Positions 52,057 through 62,381 of a DNA stretch of 64,000 bases are shown here, one piece after another. Position numbers and translations under genes: made by a program. Below the pieces are notes generated by a model, which was given only the letters and a program-made list of their open reading frames with translations, had not been told where the DNA came from and did no database searches. Where the stretch lies: the NCBI GenBank assembly GCA_965279515.1, contig CBDIID010000003.1, positions 352,001 to 416,000 on the forward strand, written 5' to 3'. How positions within the stretch are numbered: the first letter of the stretch is position 1; each line of letters begins with the position of its first letter. Source of the stretch: Turneriella sp. GTDB taxonomy: Bacteria > Spirochaetota > Leptospiria > Turneriellales > Turneriellaceae.

Positions 52057-53649
52057 TCAATCAAAAAGCAGGGCGGAAAGCTCGAGATACGCGAAATGCG
52101 AATCACCCGGGCGTTTGAATTTTTCGGTGTAGGCCCCTGCCTTGAAATAGGCGTAACCGATATTCACCTTCAGGTGTGGGAACGGATAGCGAATACGAAT
52201 GTTGTACTCTTCACCGAATTTGCTGTCGGTGTTGGCGTTGCCCGCAGCTGTGGCATTGCTCAGGATGCCGGCATTGTTCCAGCGATCTTTCGGGCTCGCT
52301 GCCCAATACCAGACATAAGCAGTATCGATCTTGAGTTTTTCGATCGGTTCAAACTCGAGAATAACCTTCGGTGTTTCGAGGTTTTCTAACTGGAAATAGT
52401 CGTTCGCGGACCAGGGCCTCGCGAACCCATAAAGCCTTTCGAAGCGGTTCTGTGTATTGTCGGTACGGTCAAGGTCGCCTGAAATGAAGGCATAGAAACC
52501 AGCAAGGCGGGGTTTCCACGAATGCTTGAAGGTGTAACCGACTTCTGCCGTGGTATAAAATGCATCCTGTTTGCGTTCGACGGCGTTAGCACCCAGCTGG
52601 TCTACACCAAATTGTTTGGTATAAGAGAAGTCATAGTCAAAGCCGGATTTACCAAGCACGGCGTATACACGACCACCCACGGTATGAATGTCTCTGAACG
52701 AACGCGCACCAGCGTCGCTTGTGGGATACCAATCCAGCCTGGCCGGCTGATTATCCTGGTTAAGACCGAAATAGTAAGGCTGAATCGTCACCCATTGCGA
52801 CCATTCACGCACATTAAGCACCGCGCCATAAAACCACTGCTGGCCGATGGGTTGATCAATTTTCTCAATCTCGCGGATTAATGGTTGAGCGCCAATCAGG
52901 TTCAGATCCCAGTTGTTTTCTTTTTTTCCGATGGAGATCCAACCACCCTGAAAGGTGTTCGTCGTGTTGCGCCATTCGTTGAGACCCACGAGACGGCGAT
53001 CGGTCAGCTCGAGCGCATAACGCCCGCCGCGCACCGTGAGTGGGCGATTGTAGCCAAAAAAGTTTTTAAAGTGTAACTCGGCGTAGGCCTGAATGGGCTC
53101 TAAATAATTGAAATCCCGTGTATCCGCCGCAGTTGCGATCGGTGTGCGGCGCGAATCCTGTACTTCACCAACCAACCGAAACCAATCAAATTCGAGTTTT
53201 AGGAATGCCCGCGTCTTGAACAGTACAGGGGTTTCCTGTATTGCGGGGTTACCGGTTGGCCCTTGAGGATTTACAGGGCTATTCGCCCGACGAAAGTCGT
53301 TTTGACGAATTTCACCGCGGGTGCGCTGTTCGATACCAAAGATGATCCAGTCGATGTTCTTAAAGACACCGATACCGGTTTCACTGAGTCGCTTCGCGTA
53401 AGCGGGTTGCGTGCTATCGATGGGTTCTGTACCATAACTCGGTGAACGGACATAATAGCTGTCCTTTACTTCTGTGGTTGCTGCCTTTTTATCGGCTTCG
53501 CTGACTTCCGGTGGAATGGACTCGTCGTCTTTTACGGCTTTCTCTGCCGCTTCTGCTGGTTTTGCCTTCTTCGGCGCCGCAAATAACGGGCTTGCAAAGA
53601 CCGCTCCTGCGACAGCGAAGAAGAAAACTTTCTTAATAATCGTTTTCAT
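52057..53649 (-). CDS. Outer-membrane beta-barrel, alginate-export (AlgE-like) family
   Basis: Signal peptide; [25 protein letters not shown] and SGDLD motifs; SD GGGAG; 4-nt spacing-level coupling with sbp. Confidence 0.8.
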   Translation of the reverse strand: MKTIIKKVFFFAVAGAVFASPLFAAPKKAKPAEAAEKAVKDDESIPPEVSEADKKAATTEVKDSYYVRSPSYGTEPIDSTQPAYAKRLSETGIGVFKNIDWIIFGIEQRTRGEIRQNDFRRANSPVNPQGPTGNPAIQETPVLFKTRAFLKLEFDWFRLVGEVQDSRRTPIATAADTRDFNYLEPIQAYAELHFKNFFGYNRPLTVRGGRYALELTDRRLVGLNEWRNTTNTFQGGWISIGKKENNWDLNLIGAQPLIREIEKIDQPIGQQWFYGAVLNVREWSQWVTIQPYYFGLNQDNQPARLDWYPTSDAGARSFRDIHTVGGRVYAVLGKSGFDYDFSYTKQFGVDQLGANAVERKQDAFYTTAEVGYTFKHSWKPRLAGFYAFISGDLDRTDNTQNRFERLYGFARPWSANDYFQLENLETPKVILEFEPIEKLKIDTAYVWYWAASPKDRWNNAGILSNATAAGNANTDSKFGEEYNIRIRYPFPHLKVNIGYAYFKAGAYTEKFKRPGDSHFAYLELSALLFD

Positions 53650-53774
53650 TTTTTATCTCCCTTTGCACACGAGGTGCATGGAATGCGGCGCACATGGATG
53701 TGCATTGCCGCATTCTTAGTTTTAATCCCCGCTATCTAAACAAAACTTTGTTTCGCTTCAGATGCGCAGGGATA

Positions 53775-53939
53775 TCACCTTCTTATGTGCAGAAGGGGAT
53801 AGCCGCGGGCACCCTGGCAACAGGATGTTGCGGGGGCTGCGGCGCACCAGCGGCGTTTGGAACAAACGCCTGTGGTGCAAGCCGCGGCCTCGCGCGCGCG
53901 ACAACAGCAACAACAGGAGTTTTTCACGAAATTTTTCAT
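53775..53939 (-). CDS. Cys-rich putative leader peptide (54 aa, 10 Cys including CCCCC)
   Basis: MKNFVKNSCCCCCRAREAAACTTGVCSKRRWCAAAPATSCCQGARGYPLLHIRR*, in the intergenic leader of the sulfate-uptake operon. Confidence 0.65.
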   Translation of the reverse strand: MKNFVKNSCCCCCRAREAAACTTGVCSKRRWCAAAPATSCCQGARGYPLLHIRR

Positions 53940-53973
53940 AGTCAATGATTCGCTGTCAGAATCTCCGCCATGA

Positions 53974-54882
53974 TTAAAAGAGACCTTCGATCGAGAGATA
54001 ACGTTCACCCGTATCGTAGTTGAACGTGAGAATGCGCGCGCCTTTTTTGAGTTCGGGAAGTTTTTTCGCCACCGCGGCGAGCGACGCACCGCTGGAGATA
54101 CCACCGAAAAGCGCCTCTTCGCGCGCAGCGCGTTTGGCATATTCAAACGCTTCTTCTTTCGTGACCTGGATCACGCCGGTGAGAAGTTCTTTTTTCAGGT
54201 TCTTCGGGATAAAACCCGCGCCGATACCCTGGATTGGGTGCGGAGCCGGATTGCCGCCGGAAATTACCGGAGACGCTGCAGGTTCAACCGCATAGACTTC
54301 GAGATTAGGCCATTTTTCGCGTAGCGTTTGCGCGAGTGCCGTGATATGCCCGCCGGTACCGACGCCGGTGATGACGACATCTATACCTTCGGGGAAATCG
54401 CGGAGTACTTCTTGCGCGGTAAATTTAGTGTGCGCGGCGATATTGGCTTCGTTCTCGAACTGCTGTGGGATCCACGAGTTTGGGGTTTGCGCCGAAAGTT
54501 CGTTCGCGCGTTCGATCGCACCCTTCATGCCTTTTTCACGCGGCGTAAGATCGAATGTTGCCCCATATGCAGCCATAACTGCGCGGCGCTCGACCGACAT
54601 GCTCTCGGGCATAACAAGAATGAGTTTATATTTTTTCGCAGCGGCGACGAGGGCAAGGCCAATACCGGTGTTACCCGATGTCGGTTCGATGATGACACTG
54701 CCCGGCTTCAGTATACCGCGGCGTTCTGCGTCTTCGACCATCGATAACGCGATACGGTCTTTAATACTGCCGCCCGGATTCTGGCGTTCCAGTTTTACCC
54801 AAACTTCGGCGTCGCCGAACAGGTGCTTGATACGTAAATGCGGCGTATTGCCGATTGCTTCGAGAATGCTATGTATCTTCAT
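53974..54882 (-). CDS. cysK: Cysteine synthase A
   Basis: [43 protein letters not shown] and DTGERYLS motifs; start 54882 (SD AAGGAG). Confidence 0.96.
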   Translation of the reverse strand: MKIHSILEAIGNTPHLRIKHLFGDAEVWVKLERQNPGGSIKDRIALSMVEDAERRGILKPGSVIIEPTSGNTGIGLALVAAAKKYKLILVMPESMSVERRAVMAAYGATFDLTPREKGMKGAIERANELSAQTPNSWIPQQFENEANIAAHTKFTAQEVLRDFPEGIDVVITGVGTGGHITALAQTLREKWPNLEVYAVEPAASPVISGGNPAPHPIQGIGAGFIPKNLKKELLTGVIQVTKEEAFEYAKRAAREEALFGGISSGASLAAVAKKLPELKKGARILTFNYDTGERYLSIEGLF

Positions 54883-54962
54883 AAATAACTCCTTAATTTG
54901 AATTAACCGGGTGTTTTTTCGAAGCCCCGGTGCTTCCGGGGCAATCCGGGAGTGCTCCCGAA

Positions 54963-55076
54963 TTATCCCTGAAGCGCCGAACAGCCAAGGAAACACGATG
55001 TGTCCGGGCCTGCGCAGCACGCAGAGATGCGACAGCAGCGTGACATTGAACTAAAATCTGCTATACCGAACGTCAT
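54963..55076 (-). CDS. Cys-rich putative leader peptide (37 aa, 6 Cys) upstream of cysK
   Basis: Manual translation [37 protein letters not shown]; alternative start ATG 55046; below the ORF-track length cutoff. Confidence 0.65.
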   Translation of the reverse strand: MTFGIADFSSMSRCCRISACCAGPDTSCFLGCSALQG

Positions 55077-55085
55077 TCTGCGCGG

Positions 55086-55115
55086 AAGATACTCAGGCGA
55101 CCGACACTACGTCAA
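55086..55115 (-). promoter_or_regulatory. Sigma-70-like promoter for the leader-cysK transcript
   Basis: TTGACG-N18-TATCTT on the minus strand, ending 9 nt upstream of the leader ATG. Confidence 0.55.
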
Positions 55116-55134
55116 CAAAAACAGACAAACATCC

Positions 55135-55752
55135 ATGAAAACGAACAAGAAAAAAAAGCCCGAACCTCCCGCTCCGGCGACCAGCGGAGAAAACCTCACA
55201 GGGGTAGTCGCAGAAAACGTTAAACGACTGCGCAGTGACATGGATTTATCGCTCGATAAACTCGCAGGACTCTCCGGTGTTTCAAAAGCAATGCTGAGCC
55301 AGATCGAACAGGCTCGCAGCGCCCCCTCGATCAATGTGCTCTGGAAGATTGCCCGTGCGCTCGATGTGCCTTTTGCGGCACTAATCTCAAAGCGCACGGA
55401 TTCCCAGCTGCAGGTTGTGCGCAAAAGTGAAATGAAAGTGCTTTCATCACAGAAGGGAAATTTCCAGTCGAAGGCCCTGTTTCCGCTCGACATAGCCCGG
55501 CGCGTTGAATTCTACGAACTGCTGCTCAAGGCTGGCTGCGTCGAGCGCGCTGTGCCCCACCCCGCCGGTACGGCAGAGAATATCGTTGTGTCTGAGGGCG
55601 AGCTGGAGATTGAAATCGGCGGACAGAGAACTTTATTAAAAGAGGGCGACTCCATTTACTTCGTGGCCGACGTGCCGCATATTTACCGCAGCATCGGATC
55701 CAAAGACACACGCGCCTATCTCGTGATGACATACGCAGAAAAGCGCGTGTAA
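55135..55752 (+). CDS. XRE-family HTH + cupin transcriptional regulator (SutR/YdcN-like)
   Basis: LSLDKLAGLSGVSKAMLSQIE..PSINVLWKIA HTH; cupin HPAGTAE and GDSIYFVADVPHIY; start 55135. Confidence 0.88.
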   Translation: MKTNKKKKPEPPAPATSGENLTGVVAENVKRLRSDMDLSLDKLAGLSGVSKAMLSQIEQARSAPSINVLWKIARALDVPFAALISKRTDSQLQVVRKSEMKVLSSQKGNFQSKALFPLDIARRVEFYELLLKAGCVERAVPHPAGTAENIVVSEGELEIEIGGQRTLLKEGDSIYFVADVPHIYRSIGSKDTRAYLVMTYAEKRV

Positions 55753-55801
55753 GCAATTTTCTGTTCAGCCGGTCTCTTTGCCCGTATTCACCGCTCACTA
55801 A

Positions 55802-57130
<1,329 letters not shown>

Positions 57131-57183
57131 TTGAATCGCCCGCGGGGAGATATCCCCGTGGGCCGATCTAAGCTGCCGGCAAA

Positions 57184-57594
57184 TCAGCTGGCGCGCTTCT
57201 CTTCTAACCACGCATAGACGTAAGTTCCCAGGAAGATACCCAGCACAATAAACGCGCCTGAGTGGAGTCCATAACCCAGAATTGCGAGCGCGGGGCCGGG
57301 GCATGCGCCTGTTAAGGCCCAGCCTGCTCCCGAAATCAGTCCACCAACCACGTGATTTTTGGACAGTTTCTCCACATTCCACTCGGTTTCGCCGCCCAAA
57401 AGCGGCTGGCGCCTGAGTTTTTTCCAGAGCTGTACGCCGATAAACGAAACCGGCACGGCAACGCCCAGAACTCCGTACATATGCCATGACTTGAGAAGAA
57501 ACATGTCGCGGATCACATCATAACTCGACACGCCTGCGCGGATGAGTATGTAGCCGAACGCAGTACCCAGCACCAGGAAAACAATGCGCAACAT
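57184..57594 (-). CDS. YeeE/YedE-family sulfur-compound transporter half (DUF6691-like)
   Basis: GGLISGAGWALTGACPGPAL motif; TM helices. Confidence 0.85.
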   Translation of the reverse strand: MLRIVFLVLGTAFGYILIRAGVSSYDVIRDMFLLKSWHMYGVLGVAVPVSFIGVQLWKKLRRQPLLGGETEWNVEKLSKNHVVGGLISGAGWALTGACPGPALAILGYGLHSGAFIVLGIFLGTYVYAWLEEKRAS

Positions 57595-58092
57595 CTATTT
57601 TACTCCCGAGATGAATGAAATGAGAATGGTGACAATCACACCCGCCACGAGAAAACCTCCCGTCGCTACAAAACTTGCCAGCGAGCCCTTCGAAAGACCT
57701 GCAATGGAATTACCTGATGTACAACCCTTTGCAAGCCTTGCGCCATAACCCCAGAGAAATCCCCCTGTGATCAGCACAGCTGCCTTCACACCAAGACTTG
57801 TCCCCCAAATATCATTGAACCGGCCAAGGTCCCATGTCGGATGCCATCCCGTTGTGGTTAAAGCGGCGATAGCGCCACCAGCCACTAACCCGACTGTAAA
57901 GAATGTACGAAAACCGAAGGCGCCGCCGAGATCGGGCCTGGAAAAATATTTGAGGCGCGAAAAAATTCCGCAGACCGTGGCATAACCGCGGGTCACCGAG
58001 AGAAATTTTCCTGTGGATATAACTAATAAAATCGAAACTGTGGCAATGGCAAGTCCACCCAACCAAAACGGCCAAATATATGCAGAGGTCAT
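57595..58092 (-). CDS. YeeE/YedE-family sulfur-compound transporter half
   Basis: GGFLWGYGARLAKGCTSGNSIAG motif; start 58092 with SD GGAGG. Confidence 0.87.
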   Translation of the reverse strand: MTSAYIWPFWLGGLAIATVSILLVISTGKFLSVTRGYATVCGIFSRLKYFSRPDLGGAFGFRTFFTVGLVAGGAIAALTTTGWHPTWDLGRFNDIWGTSLGVKAAVLITGGFLWGYGARLAKGCTSGNSIAGLSKGSLASFVATGGFLVAGVIVTILISFISGVK

Positions 58093-58155
58093 GGGGGCAA
58101 CCTCCCGGAGGTTGCTCACGAGCGTAAAGTCAAACAGCTGTCGCACGCCCGGGGG

Positions 58156-59385
58156 TTAGTGCCCGGCCGGTGTCGCACCGGGCTGCGGTTCGGGCATGAC
58201 TGTGATACGCGTGCGTCCCGCAAATAAAACTGTGCCCGCAAGCACCGCGGTGAGTGCGATTAATGCCGCCATCGCGGTCACACCTTTTGCAGCGAAAAGC
58301 CCGATGCCCGCCGAAGCAATTCCGGCGACGCCGATCTGGATAAACCCGAGGAGCGCCGAAGCGCTACCCATATGGCGTGTGAGCGGTGCCAATGCCAGCG
58401 CCGTGGCATTCGGGTTATTAAAGCCAATCGCAGCAAGACAGGTAAAGAGCAGTGCGAATGTCACATAAAAATTCAGCCCCCCCATCAGCGCAGCGCCGAA
58501 AAAGACCAATGCCGCTGCGATTTGTACGCACAGTGCAATACGAAAGATCACCGCGCTCTTCACCCGGCGGCCGAGCAGCACATTGAGCTGGCTGCTCGCA
58601 ATAAAGCCGATAGAAAGCAAGGCAAACACGAGGCTGTAGCTTTTCGGCGAAAGGCCGTAAAACTCCATGAAGACTGTCGGCGAAGCGGCAACATAGATGA
58701 ACAGCGTCGCAAACGAAAAAGCGCTCGCAAAGGCGTAAGTATAGAACGCCGGTTCTTTCAGAATCCCGAAAAAGGTACTGAAAATCGGCCGCAAGTGCAG
58801 CGAAACCGAGGCATCCGCCTTTTGGCCTTCGGGTAAAAAGAAACGCAGCAGAAACACGATGAAGATCGCAACCGCGATCAGCGCAAAAAACACCGAGCGC
58901 CACCCCCACGCTGCCGCAATAAAACCACCGACCGTTGGCCCCAGTAGAGGCGAGACACCGAGAATCAGAACGAGCAGCGAAAAGATGCGCGCGCTTTCGT
59001 TCACGGGAAAAAAATCGCGCACCATGGCGACCGCTGCAACCCAGGCGACCGAACCACCCAGCGCCTGAAAAAAACGAAAGGTGCTGAGCACCTCGAGGTT
59101 CGGCGCGAAGACGCAGCCGAGCGAAGACAAGATAAAGAGGCACAAACCCGCATAGAGTGGCGGCTTACGCCCGAAACGATCGAGAAACGGGCCATACAGA
59201 ATCTGGCCGAGCGCCATGCCGATGAAATAGGCGGTGACCGAGAGTGCGAGCTGCGCCTGTGTCGTCTTGAAGTCGCGCGCCAGTTCGGGAAAAGCCGGCA
59301 GGTAGAGATCGATCGCGAGAGGGCTCACCGTCGCGAGCGCACCCAGAATCCAGACGATGAGCGTGCTCCGCGGATGCGCTTCCAT
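58156..59385 (-). CDS. Bcr/CflA-family MFS transporter
   Basis: PLAIDLYLPAFP, GQILYGPFLDRFGRKP and RFFQALGG..MVRD motifs; multiple TM helices. Confidence 0.92.
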   Translation of the reverse strand: MEAHPRSTLIVWILGALATVSPLAIDLYLPAFPELARDFKTTQAQLALSVTAYFIGMALGQILYGPFLDRFGRKPPLYAGLCLFILSSLGCVFAPNLEVLSTFRFFQALGGSVAWVAAVAMVRDFFPVNESARIFSLLVLILGVSPLLGPTVGGFIAAAWGWRSVFFALIAVAIFIVFLLRFFLPEGQKADASVSLHLRPIFSTFFGILKEPAFYTYAFASAFSFATLFIYVAASPTVFMEFYGLSPKSYSLVFALLSIGFIASSQLNVLLGRRVKSAVIFRIALCVQIAAALVFFGAALMGGLNFYVTFALLFTCLAAIGFNNPNATALALAPLTRHMGSASALLGFIQIGVAGIASAGIGLFAAKGVTAMAALIALTAVLAGTVLFAGRTRITVMPEPQPGATPAGH

Positions 59386-59498
59386 ACGCCAGAAACAGAC
59401 CTTGAGACATGCTGAACATCAGAGCAAAAAACAGGGAGGACTGAAGATACGCGCTGGTTTTCTCCTTTCCGTCCTGTCTCAGCGGCATATTTTTGTGC

Positions 59499-60566
59499 AT
59501 GGCAGAAAACGTTTCGGCACAACTCATTGGTGGCGACCCCGTGACACCCGGATGGAAAAACTGGGGCTTTGTGAAGAAATTCGCCTCGATTTTCATCAAA
59601 GACGTGCGCGACATTGACCTCTTTACCTGCATGATAAAGCTCAGCATCCTCTTGCCCGGCTCGGCATTCGCCATCTGGTATTTTCCGCAATACCGCCTCT
59701 ACATCGGCCTCGGCCACATCGCGCTTTTTCTCATCTATCTCGGCCCCTACATTCTCATGCTGCACAATGTCTCGCACCGGCCGCTCTTCCACTATTCGTT
59801 GCGCTTTTTAAATTTCTGGCCACAGGCGGTTTTAGGTGTCTTTTTCGGATTAACCCCGTATACGTACTTCTCTCACCATTTGGGGATGCACCACCCGGAG
59901 AACAATCTCATGACCGATCTCAGCACGACGCTCAAATACCGCCGCGACAGCTTTCTCGGCTTCATGCATTATTACCTCAGCTTCGCGATCTTCGGCATCT
60001 TTACGCTCGGGTATTATTTCGTGAAACGCAACCGCTGGGCGCTCTTCCGTAAGGCGATCCTGGGCGAGCTCTCTTGGTACCTGATCGTTGGCAGCCTGCT
60101 GTATTTTAACCCCGCGGAATTTCCGCGCCAGGTAACGCTCTTCGTCTTTGTGATTCCCCTGCTGCTCTGCCGTTTTCTGCTCATGGCCGGCAACTGGACC
60201 CAGCACGCCTTTGTCGACACCTCTGACCCCGCTAACCCTTATCTCAACAGCATCACCTTCATCGACTCGCCCTATAACAAGCGCTGTTTCAACGACGGTT
60301 ACCATATCGGCCACCACGTGAACATGAACCGCCACTGGCTCGACATGCCTGGCGACTTCCTCGACAACCTGCAGACTTATAAAGAAACCAAATCGATTGT
60401 TTTCCGAAAACTCGATTATTTTATCATCTGGATTTTCCTCATGGCAAAACAGTATGGCATCCTCAGCAGGTTCTTCGTCGATCTCTCGGATAAAAAAATG
60501 TCCAGAGACGAAATTATTGCGCTGATGAAAAGCCGCATGCTACCGTTAAAATCCAGTGCGCGTTAA
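59499..60566 (+). CDS. Membrane fatty-acid desaturase-family protein
   Basis: His boxes HNVSH, HHLGMHH and YHIGHH, plus GNWTQH. Confidence 0.87.
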   Translation: MAENVSAQLIGGDPVTPGWKNWGFVKKFASIFIKDVRDIDLFTCMIKLSILLPGSAFAIWYFPQYRLYIGLGHIALFLIYLGPYILMLHNVSHRPLFHYSLRFLNFWPQAVLGVFFGLTPYTYFSHHLGMHHPENNLMTDLSTTLKYRRDSFLGFMHYYLSFAIFGIFTLGYYFVKRNRWALFRKAILGELSWYLIVGSLLYFNPAEFPRQVTLFVFVIPLLLCRFLLMAGNWTQHAFVDTSDPANPYLNSITFIDSPYNKRCFNDGYHIGHHVNMNRHWLDMPGDFLDNLQTYKETKSIVFRKLDYFIIWIFLMAKQYGILSRFFVDLSDKKMSRDEIIALMKSRMLPLKSSAR

Positions 60567-60586
60567 GGGCAGTTCAGGATTTGTAA

Positions 60587-61342
60587 TTGCTCTTATCGCT
60601 CATTATCCCTATATGCAATGAAGCGTTGCACCTGGCTGAATTCCTGAAGCGCATTGATGCATTAAAATTGCCGACGAAAAAAGAACTGATCTTTATCGAT
60701 GACAAATCGAGTGACGGCAGCCTGGAAATTCTCCGCAGGCATAAATTCAAATCGACCCACCAAATTCTCGAACACAGAATAAATATGGGCAAAGGCGCAT
60801 CCATTCGGGATGGCATTGCCGCCGCGCATGGCGATATCATAGGCATCCAGGACGCGGACTTCGAATACGACATGAATGACATCGAAACACTGATCGAACC
60901 CCTGCGCACAAACAAGGCGGATATTGTTTACGGCTCTCGTTTTAGCGGAACTAATGGACAGGTACACAGAACATTTCACTATTTGGTAAATCGTTTTCTC
61001 ACATTGCTAAGCAATGTTTTTTCGGGATTGTATCTGTCGGATATGGAAACCTGTTATAAATTCTTTCGGGCTGACATCATTAAGAATATAGTCCTTCACT
61101 CTAACCGGTTTGGCTTCGAACCCGAAATTACGGCAAAAATCGCCTTGTTGAAGACGCGCATAAAAGAACTGCCAATTCATTATTACCCGCGCAACTACGT
61201 CGAAGGCAAGAAGATTACCTGGCGCGACGGCTTTGCGGCCCTGTGGCACCTGCTGCATTATAACTATTTTGCCTCAAAAAAACGTTTCTTTACACCGGGA
61301 CTTCCCGGGCGTTATATCCCCTCAGGCAGGAACTTTATATGA
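60587..61342 (+). CDS. GT2 glycosyltransferase (polyprenol-phosphate glycosyltransferase-like)
   Basis: IIPICNE, DDKSSDGS, NMGKG, QDADFEY, YGSRF, DMETCYK and FGFEPEIT motifs. Confidence 0.92.
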   Translation: MLLSLIIPICNEALHLAEFLKRIDALKLPTKKELIFIDDKSSDGSLEILRRHKFKSTHQILEHRINMGKGASIRDGIAAAHGDIIGIQDADFEYDMNDIETLIEPLRTNKADIVYGSRFSGTNGQVHRTFHYLVNRFLTLLSNVFSGLYLSDMETCYKFFRADIIKNIVLHSNRFGFEPEITAKIALLKTRIKELPIHYYPRNYVEGKKITWRDGFAALWHLLHYNYFASKKRFFTPGLPGRYIPSGRNFI

Positions 61343-62379
61343 AAAGCGGGATTATCTCAGTGTTTCTGCAGATCGACGCGGAAAGCCTGCGTCTGCCGGC
61401 TTTTGACGCTGCTTCCCTGAAATATCTTGTCTATTTTCTGCTATTCATTATCATCGGCCTGGTGTTTTTCCAATGGCGTTTGCGCAGAAGCCACGAAAAG
61501 AACGCCCTCTCCAACCGGTTCATGCAGATTTTGATGCGCCGGGCATTGACGCGTACACAACAGGCTGCAATGCAGGATTTCTTCGACCGGTTGCACGAAG
61601 TCGAACAAAATGAAATCATGATTTCACAGAAATCGCTGGAGCATCACCTGCACCAGTACCTCGAACGCCATCCGGAAATTTCCGCGGCAGACCGCGTCGA
61701 GATCTTTGATAAACTACTCGCAGGTAAAGCCCCGCAAATTGAAATCAAAACGGTTTCCGACCTGCGCATCGGCGAACTCTGCGCTCTCGATGCCGGCAAA
61801 ACGTCATGGCTCACGACGATCATGAAATCCAAAGATGACCAGATTCTGCTCACGTCTTACGAGAAGACACCGATTCCCGTCGGTGGCGGGCATGTCTATG
61901 CTTACCGGGCAGGGCTCGGCGGATTTCTGCTCTCCGGCCAAATCATCAAAGTGAAGGAAAACTCCCTCATATTTAAACACAACGGCCATGTGGATTTCCG
62001 TGGAGATCAGCACCTGATGTCGACAGTGTCTGTTGCCGTGAAAATCGAGCGCTGGCCGCATCCCGAACTCGGTATCGATGAAGAGAAGCCGCTGGAATCC
62101 GCAGGGGTTGAAGTCTTTACCGGGCTCAGTGATAAGATTTCAGACCGCGCATTGGCTGTACGTTTTACGCCCGGGCCGCCCGATTGGATACTTTCGCGCC
62201 AGGATTTTTGGGAAATGACCCTCGACCTGCCCGAAAAGCCCCTGATATGCCGGGTCAAAGCCACACGTTACCAGAAAACCGATATGCACTTTTTACGCCC
62301 CATCGACATGGATGGCGCCGAACGCAACCGCTTATACACCTTCATTGCCGCCCACAACCCTGTGCGCGAGCACTTCTAG
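61339..62379 (+). CDS. Membrane-anchored hypothetical protein, possible degenerate PilZ/YcgR-like C-terminus
   Basis: One TM helix, a beta-rich middle, DKISDRALAVRF and a terminal helix ERNRLYTFI. Confidence 0.55.
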   Translation: MKSGIISVFLQIDAESLRLPAFDAASLKYLVYFLLFIIIGLVFFQWRLRRSHEKNALSNRFMQILMRRALTRTQQAAMQDFFDRLHEVEQNEIMISQKSLEHHLHQYLERHPEISAADRVEIFDKLLAGKAPQIEIKTVSDLRIGELCALDAGKTSWLTTIMKSKDDQILLTSYEKTPIPVGGGHVYAYRAGLGGFLLSGQIIKVKENSLIFKHNGHVDFRGDQHLMSTVSVAVKIERWPHPELGIDEEKPLESAGVEVFTGLSDKISDRALAVRFTPGPPDWILSRQDFWEMTLDLPEKPLICRVKATRYQKTDMHFLRPIDMDGAERNRLYTFIAAHNPVREHF

Positions 62380-62381
62380 CG

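Noticed and set aside
53646..53705. Third mini-[22 protein letters not shown] overlapping the OM-barrel ATG
   Set aside because: Only 2 Cys, no SD, and the start is buried in a hairpin. It could be a coupling ORF but is not supportable on its own.
53940..54146. N-terminal extension of the 123-aa ORF in the track
   Set aside because: It overlaps cysK in another frame; only the part from ATG 53939 is intergenic and Cys-rich.
54915..54942. Intrinsic terminator in the cysK leader
   Set aside because: On the coding (minus) strand the GC hairpin is followed by TTCG and an A run, not a U tract, so it was kept only as a structural element.
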